64,000 nucleotides of DNA from the NCBI GenBank assembly GCA_964016885.1, contig OZ024743.1, forward strand, positions 233,678,001 to 233,742,000. Reading direction: 5' to 3'. The notes under the pieces are model-generated. The model was given only the letters and a program-made list of their open reading frames with translations. It made no database searches and was not told the origin of the DNA. This DNA comes from Eledone cirrhosa (Eukaryota). Shown in pieces: positions 56,001-64,000 of this stretch; within the stretch, counting starts at the first letter, position 1; each line of letters opens with the position of its first letter. The translations under genes and the position numbers were made by a program.

Positions 56001-59000
56001 GGCGGACTTTGTTGACGTTTAACACGGTTTGGTTCCACAGCCACAACTATTGATTTTACGGAGATATCTTGCTGAAATTCACGCCACACATAGCCAATGA
56101 GTGTCCGCACATGTACCAGTAATTACAGATCGATCCGACCACGGGCGGTCGGTTTGCGATTGAAAAGGTAACTCCGCCGGCAAATCGTCATTTTTGGATT
56201 CGTTTTCTTCGAAGCACACCATTCGCCGGCTGACTTTGTTGACGTTTAACACGGTTTGGTTCCACAGCCACAACTATTGATTTTACGGAGATATCTTGCT
56301 GAAATTCACGCCACACATAGCCAATGAGTGTCTGCACATGTACCAGTAATTACAGATCGATCCGACCACGGGCGGTCGGTTTGCGATTGAAAAGGTAACT
56401 CCGCCGGCAAATCGTCATTTTTGGATTCGTTTTCTTCGAAGCACACCATTCGCCGGCGGACTTTGTTGACGTTTAACACGGTTTGGTTCCACAGCCACAA
56501 CTATTGATTTTACGGAGATATCTTGCTGAAATTCACGCCACACATAGCCAATGAGTGTCTGCACATGTACAAGTAATTACAGATCGATCCGACCACGGGC
56601 GGCCGGCCCGCGATTGGAAAGGTAACTCCGCCGGCAAATCGTCATTTTTGGATTCGTTTTCTTCGAAGCACACCATTCGCCGGCGGACTTTGTTGACGTT
56701 TAACACGGTTTGGTTCCACAGCCACAACTATTGATTTTACGGAGATATCTTGCTGAAATTCACGCCACACATAGCCAATGAGTGTCTGCACATGTATCAG
56801 TAATTACAGATCGATCCGACCACGGGCGGCCGGCCCGCGATTGAAAAGGTAACTCCGCCGGCAAATCGTCATTTTTGGATTCGTTTTCTTCGAAGCACAC
56901 CATTCGCCGGCGGACTTTGTTGACGTTTAACACGGTTTGGTTCCACAGCCACAACTATTGATTTTACGGAGATATCTTGCTGAAATTCACGCCACACATA
57001 GCCAATGAGTGTCTGCACATGTACAAGTAATTACAGATCGATCCGACCACGGGCGGCCGGCCCGCGATTGAAAAGGTAACTCCGCCGGCAAATCGTCATT
57101 TTTGGATTCGTTTTCTTCGAAGCACACCATTCGCCGGCGGACTTTGTTGACGTTTAACACGGTTTGGTTCCACAGCCACAACTATTGATTTTACGGAGAT
57201 ATCTTGCTGAAATTCACGCCACACATAGCCAATGAGTGTCTGCACATGTACCAGTAATTACAGATCGATCCGACCACGGGCGGCCGGCCCGCGATTGAAA
57301 AGGTAACTCCGCCGGCAAATCGTCATTTTTGGATTCGTTTTCTTCGAAGCACACCATTCGCCGGCGGACTTTGTTGACGTTTAACACGGTTTGGTTCCAC
57401 AGCCACAACTATTGATTTTACGGAGATATCTTGCTGAAATTCACGCCACACATAGCCAATGAGTGTCCGCACATGTACCAGTAATTACAGATCGATCCGA
57501 CCACGGGCGGTCGGTTTGCGATTGAAAAGGTAACTCCGCCGGCAAATCGTCATTTTTGGATTCGTTTTCTTCGAAGCACACCATTCGCCGGCTGACTTTG
57601 TTGACGTTTAACACGGTTTGGTTCCACAGCCACAACTATTGATTTTACGGAGATATCTTGCTGAAATTCACGCCACACATAGCCAATGAGTGTCTGCACA
57701 TGTACCAGTAATTACAGATCGATCCGACCACGGGCGGTCGGTTTGCGATTGAAAAGGTAACTCCGCCGGCAAATCGTCATTTTTGGATTCGTTTTCTTCG
57801 AAGCACACCATTCGCCGGCGGACTTTGTTGACGTTTAACACGGTTTGGTTCCACAGCCACAACTATTGATTTTACGGAGATATCTTGCTGAAATTCACGC
57901 CACACATAGCCAATGAGTGTCTGCACATGTACAAGTAATTACAGATCGATCCGACCACGGGCGGCCGGCCCGCGATTGAAAAGGTAACTCCGCCGGCAAA
58001 TCGTCATTTTTGGATTCGTTTTCTTCGAAGCACACCATTCGCCGGCGGACTTTGTTGACGTTTAACACGGTTTGGTTCCACAGCCACAACTATTGATTTT
58101 ACGGAGATATCTTGCTGAAATTCACGCCACACATAGCCAATGAGTGTCTGCACATGTACCAGTAATTACAGATCGATCCGACCACGGGCGGCCGGCCCGC
58201 GATTGAAAAGGTAACTCCGCCGGCAAATCGTCATTTTTGGATTCGTTTTCTTCGAAGCACACCATTCGCCGGCTGACTTTGTTGACGTTTAACACGGTTT
58301 GGTTCCACAGCCACAACTATTGATTTTAAGGAGATATCTTGCTGAAATTCACGCCACACATAGCCAATGAGTGTCTGCACAGGTACCAGTAATTACAGAT
58401 CGATCCGACCACGGGCGGCCGGTTTGCGATTGAAAAGGTAACTCCGCCGGCAAATCGTCATTTTTGGATTCGTTTTCTTCGAAGCACACCATTCGCCGGC
58501 TGACTTTGTTGACGTTTAACACGGTTTGGTTCCACAGCCACAACTATTGATTTTAAGGAGATATCTTGCTGAAATTCACGCCACACATAGCCAATGAGTG
58601 TCTGCACAGGTACCAGTAATTACAGATCGATCCGACCACGGGCGGCCGGCCCGCGATTGAAAAGGTAACTCCGCCGGCAAATCGTCATTTTTGGATTCGT
58701 TTTCTTCGAAGCACACCATTCGCCGGCGGACTTTGTTGACGTTTAACACGGTTTGGTTCCACAGCCACAACTATTGATTTTACGGAGATATCTTGCTGAA
58801 ATTCACGCCACACATAGCCAATGAGTGTCTGCACATGTACCAGTAATTACAGATCGATCCGACCACGGGCGGCCGGCCCGCGATTGGAAAGGTAACTCCG
58901 CCGGCAAATCGTCATTTTTGGATTCGTTTTCTTCGAAGCACACCATTCGCCGGCGGACTTTGTTGACGTTTAACACGGTTTGGTTCCACAGCCACAACTA

Positions 59001-62000
59001 TTGATTTTACGGAGATATCTTGCTGAAATTCACGCCACACATAGCCAATGAGTGTCTGCACATGTATCAGTAATTACAGATCGATCCGACCACGGGCGGC
59101 CGGCCCGCGATTGAAAAGGTAACTCCGCCGGCAAATCGTCATTTTTGGATTCGTTTTCTTCGAAGCACACCATTCGCCGGCGGACTTTGTTGACGTTTAA
59201 CACGGTTTGGTTCCACAGCCACAACTATTGATTTTACGGAGATATCTTGCTGAAATTCACGCCACACATAGCCAATGAGTGTCCGCACATGTACCAGTAA
59301 TTACAGATCGATCCGACCACGGGCGGTCGGTTTGCGATTGAAAAGGTAACTCCGCCGGCAAATCGTCATTTTTGGATTCGTTTTCTTCGAAGCACACCAT
59401 TCGCCGGCTGACTTTGTTGACGTTTAACACGGTTTGGTTCCACAGCCACAACTATTGATTTTACGGAGATATCTTGCTGAAATTCACGCCACACATAGCC
59501 AATGAGTGTCTGCACATGTACCAGTAATTACAGATCGATCCGACCACGGGCGGTCGGTTTGCGATTGAAAAGGTAACTCCGCCGGCAAATCGTCATTTTT
59601 GGATTCGTTTTCTTCGAAGCACACCATTCGCCGGCGGACTTTGTTGACGTTTAACACGGTTTGGTTCCACAGCCACAACTATTGATTTTACGGAGATATC
59701 TTGCTGAAATTCACGCCACACATAGCCAATGAGTGTCTGCACATGTACAAGTAATTACAGATCGATCCGACCACGGGCGGCCGGCCCGCGATTGGAAAGG
59801 TAACTCCGCCGGCAAATCGTCATTTTTGGATTCGTTTTCTTCGAAGCACACCATTCGCCGGCGGACTTTGTTGACGTTTAACACGGTTTGGTTCCACAGC
59901 CACAACTATTGATTTTACGGAGATATCTTGCTGAAATTCACGCCACACATAGCCAATGAGTGTCTGCACATGTATCAGTAATTACAGATCGATCCGACCA
60001 CGGGCGGCCGGCCCGCGATTGAAAAGGTAACTCCGCCGGCAAATCGTCATTTTTGGATTCGTTTTCTTCGAAGCACACCATTCGCCGGCGGACTTTGTTG
60101 ACGTTTAACACGGTTTGGTTCCACAGCCACAACTATTGATTTTACGGAGATATCTTGCTGAAATTCACGCCACACATAGCCAATGAGTGTCTGCACATGT
60201 ACAAGTAATTACAGATCGATCCGACCACGGGCGGCCGGCCCGCGATTGAAAAGGTAACTCCGCCGGCAAATCGTCATTTTTGGATTCGTTTTCTTCGAAG
60301 CACACCATTCGCCGGCGGACTTTGTTGACGTTTAACACGGTTTGGTTCCACAGCCACAACTATTGATTTTACGGAGATATCTTGCTGAAATTCACGCCAC
60401 ACATAGCCAATGAGTGTCTGCACATGTACCAGTAATTACAGATCGATCCGACCACGGGCGGCCGGCCCGCGATTGAAAAGGTAACTCCGCCGGCAAATCG
60501 TCATTTTTGGATTCGTTTTCTTCGAAGCACACCATTCGCCGGCGGACTTTGTTGACGTTTAACACGGTTTGGTTCCACAGCCACAACTATTGATTTTACG
60601 GAGATATCTTGCTGAAATTCACGCCACACATAGCCAATGAGTGTCCGCACATGTACCAGTAATTACAGATCGATCCGACCACGGGCGGTCGGTTTGCGAT
60701 TGAAAAGGTAACTCCGCCGGCAAATCGTCATTTTTGGATTCGTTTTCTTCGAAGCACACCATTCGCCGGCTGACTTTGTTGACGTTTAACACGGTTTGGT
60801 TCCACAGCCACAACTATTGATTTTACGGAGATATCTTGCTGAAATTCACGCCACACATAGCCAATGAGTGTCTGCACATGTACAAGTAATTACAGATCGA
60901 TCCGACCACGGGCGGCCGGCCCGCGATTGAAAAGGTAACTCCGCCGGCAAATCGTCATTTTTGGATTCGTTTTCTTCGAAGCACACCATTCGCCGGCGGA
61001 CTTTGTTGACGTTTAACACGGTTTGGTTCCACAGCCACAACTATTGATTTTACGGAGATATCTTGCTGAAATTCACGCCACACATAGCCAATGAGTGTCT
61101 GCACATGTACCAGTAATTACAGATCGATCCGACCACGGGCGGCCGGCCCGCGATTGAAAAGGTAACTCCGCCGGCAAATCGTCATTTTTGGATTCGTTTT
61201 CTTCGAAGCACACCATTCGCCGGCGGACTTTGTTGACGTTTAACACGGTTTGGTTCCACAGCCACAACTATTGATTTTACGGAGATATCTTGCTGAAATT
61301 CACGCCACACATAGCCAATGAGTCTCTGCACATGTACCATTAATTACAGATCGATCCGACCACGGGCGGTCGGTTTGCGATTGAAAAGGTAACTCCGCCG
61401 GCAAATCGTCATTTTTGGATTCGTTTTCTTCGAAGCACACCATTCGCCGGCTGACTTTGTTGACGTTTAACACGGTTTGGTTCCACAGCCACAACTATTG
61501 ATTTTAAGGAGATATCTTGCTGAAATTCACGCCACACATAGCCAATGAGTGTCTGCACAGGTACCAGTAATTACAGATCGATCCGACCACGGGCGGCCGG
61601 CCCGCGATTGAAAAGGTAACTCCGCCGGCAAATCGTCATTTTTGGATTCGTTTTCTTCGAAGCACACCATTCGCCGGCGGACTTTGTTGACGTTTAACAC
61701 GGTTTGGTTCCACAGCCACAACTATTGATTTTACGGAGATATCTTCCTGAAATTCACGCCACACATAGCCAATGAGTGTCTGCACATGTACCAGTAATTA
61801 CAGATCGATCCGACCACGGGCGGCCGGCCCGCGATTGAAAAGGTAACTCCGCCGGCAAATCGTCATTTTTGGATTCGTTTTCTTCGAAGCACACCATTCG
61901 CCGGCGGACTTTGTTGACGTTTAACACGGTTTGGTTCCACAGCCACAACTATTGATTTTACGGAGATATCTTGCTGAAATTCACGCCACACATAGCCAAT

Positions 62001-64000
62001 GAGTGTCTGCACATGTACCAGTAATTACAGATCGATCCGACCACGGGCGGTCGGTTTGCGATTGAAAAGGTAACTCCGCCGGCAAATCGTCATTTTTGGA
62101 TTCGTTTTCTTCGAAGCACACCATTCGCCGGCTGACTTTGTTGACGTTTAACACGGTTTGGTTCCACAGCCACAACTATTGATTTTAAGGAGATATCTTG
62201 CTGAAATTCACGCCACACATAGCCAATGAGTGTCTGCACAGGTACCAGTAATTACAGATCGATCCGACCACGGGCGGCCGGTTTGCGATTGAAAAGGTAA
62301 CTCCGCCGGCAAATCGTCATTTTTGGATTCGTTTTCTTCGAAGCACACCATTCGCCGGCTGACTTTGTTGACGTTTAACACGGTTTGGTTCCACAGCCAC
62401 AACTATTGATTTTAAGGAGATATCTTGCTGAAATTCACGCCACACATAGCCAATGAGTGTCTGCACAGGTACCAGTAATTACAGATCGATCCGACCACGG
62501 GCGGCCGGCCCGCGATTGAAAAGGTAACTCCGCCGGCAAATCGTCATTTTTGGATTCGTTTTCTTCGAAGCACACCATTCGCCGGCGGACTTTGTTGACG
62601 TTTAACACGGTTTGGTTCCACAGCCACAACTATTGATTTTACGGAGATATCTTGCTGAAATTCACGCCACACATAGCCAATGAGTGTCTGCACATGTACC
62701 AGTAATTACAGATCGATCCGACCACGGGCGGCCGGCCCGCGATTGGAAAGGTAACTCCGCCGGCAAATCGTCATTTTTGGATTCGTTTTCTTCGAAGCAC
62801 ACCATTCGCCGGCGGACTTTGTTGACGTTTAACACGGTTTGGTTCCACAGCCACAACTATTGATTTTACGGAGATATCTTGCTGAAATTCACGCCACACA
62901 TAGCCAATGAGTGTCTGCACATGTATCAGTAATTACAGATCGATCCGACCACGGGCGGCCGGCCCGCGATTGAAAAGGTAACTCCGCCGGCAAATCGTCA
63001 TTTTTGGATTCGTTTTCTTCGAAGCACACCATTCGCCGGCGGACTTTGTTGACGTTTAACACGGTTTGGTTCCACAGCCACAACTATTGATTTTACGGAG
63101 ATATCTTGCTGAAATTCACGCCACACATAGCCAATGAGTGTCTGCACATGTACAAGTAATTACAGATCGATCCGACCACGGGCGGCCGGCCCGCGATTGA
63201 AAAGGTAACTCCGCCGGCAAATCGTCATTTTTGGATTCGTTTTCTTCGAAGCACACCATTCGCCGGCGGACTTTGTTGACGTTTAACACGGTTTGGTTCC
63301 ACAGCCACAACTATTGATTTTACGGAGATATCTTGCTGAAATTCACGCCACACATAGCCAATGAGTGTCTGCACATGTACCAGTAATTACAGATCGATCC
63401 GACCACGGGCGGCCGGCCCGCGATTGAAAAGGTAACTCCGCCGGCAAATCGTCATTTTTGGATTCGTTTTCTTCGAAGCACACCATTCGCCGGCGGACTT
63501 TGTTGACGTTTAACACGGTTTGGTTCCACAGCCACAACTATTGATTTTACGGAGATATCTTGCTGAAATTCACGCCACACATAGCCAATGAGTGTCTGCA
63601 CATGTATCAGTAATTACAGATCGATCCGACCACGGGCGGCCGGCCCGCGATTGAAAAGGTAACTCCGCCGGCAAATCGTCATTTTTGGATTCGTTTTCTT
63701 CGAAGCACACCATTCGCCGGCGGACTTTGTTGACGTTTAACACGGTTTGGTTCCACAGCCACAACTATTGATTTTACGGAGATATCTTGCTGAAATTCAC
63801 GCCACACATAGCCAATGAGTGTCTGCACATGTACAAGTAATTACAGATCGATCCGACCACGGGCGGCCGGCCCGCGATTGAAAAGGTAACTCCGCCGGCA
63901 AATCGTCATTTTTGGATTCGTTTTCTTCGAAGCACACCATTCGCCGGCGGACTTTGTTGACGTTTAACACGGTTTGGTTCCACAGCCACAACTATTGATT
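43358..64000. repeat. Large block, copy B (units 192-282, running off the window end)
   Basis: Collinear with units 54-166 at offsets of 138, 131, 129 and 116 monomers. Shares the A202 marker at 51277. Confidence 0.85.
44039..47670. repeat. 8-monomer higher-order repeat, two full copies (units 195-210)
   Basis: Same 8-type order as units 57-64 and 72-79. Confidence 0.85.

Larger units (their letters stand above)
1..64000. repeat. 227-bp tandem satellite array, about 282 head-to-tail copies, open at both window edges
   Basis: The sequence restarts with tgctgaaattcacgccacac every 227 bp. ORF-track coordinates are exactly 10+227k up to 63797 (k=281). Monomers differ only by substitutions, with recurrent sites at monomer positions 2, 34, 37, 43, 47, 48, 50, 80, 84-86, 94, 159, 162 and 217. 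Confidence 0.99.

Noticed and set aside
10-63991. 280 copies of a 64-aa minus-strand ORF (MWLWNQTV...) as a tandem gene family
   Set aside because: The start is TTG (reverse complement of caa at 202-204), only 32 bp separate copies, I recognise no domain, and many recurrent variants change amino acids. One chance ORF is replicated by the repeat.
1-64000. CRISPR array
   Set aside because: There are no unique spacers; the entire 227 bp is repeated, and no cas genes are present.
1-64000. Pure artefact, such as rolling-circle amplification of one circle or a collapsed assembly
   Set aside because: Structured, linked and hierarchically duplicated variants are not expected from a single template. 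Individual block duplications still need read confirmation.

Overview
The whole window is one uninterrupted, single-orientation tandem array of a 227-bp monomer: 281 full copies plus a 213-bp partial one, with unit n starting at 1+227*(n-1). The first monomer is about 47% GC with 18 CpG by hand count. I see no unique sequence, insertion, strand switch or net indel. It looks like a highly homogenised satellite, most plausibly eukaryotic and possibly centromeric or pericentromeric. I do not recognise the family or organism. The 280 identical-length 64-aa ORFs are a by-product of the repeat and are not called as genes. About a dozen recurrent variable positions barcode the monomers and reveal a nested duplication history: 2-, 3-, 7-, 8-, 11-, 13-, 15- and 18-monomer periods, plus one large block duplication offset by about 26-31 kb. 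The monomer is rich in dyad symmetries, and its main polymorphism (TTT vs CCC) switches between alternative hairpins. A splice donor followed by an Sm-site-like motif raises a speculative possibility that this is a spliced-leader-RNA-like gene array.
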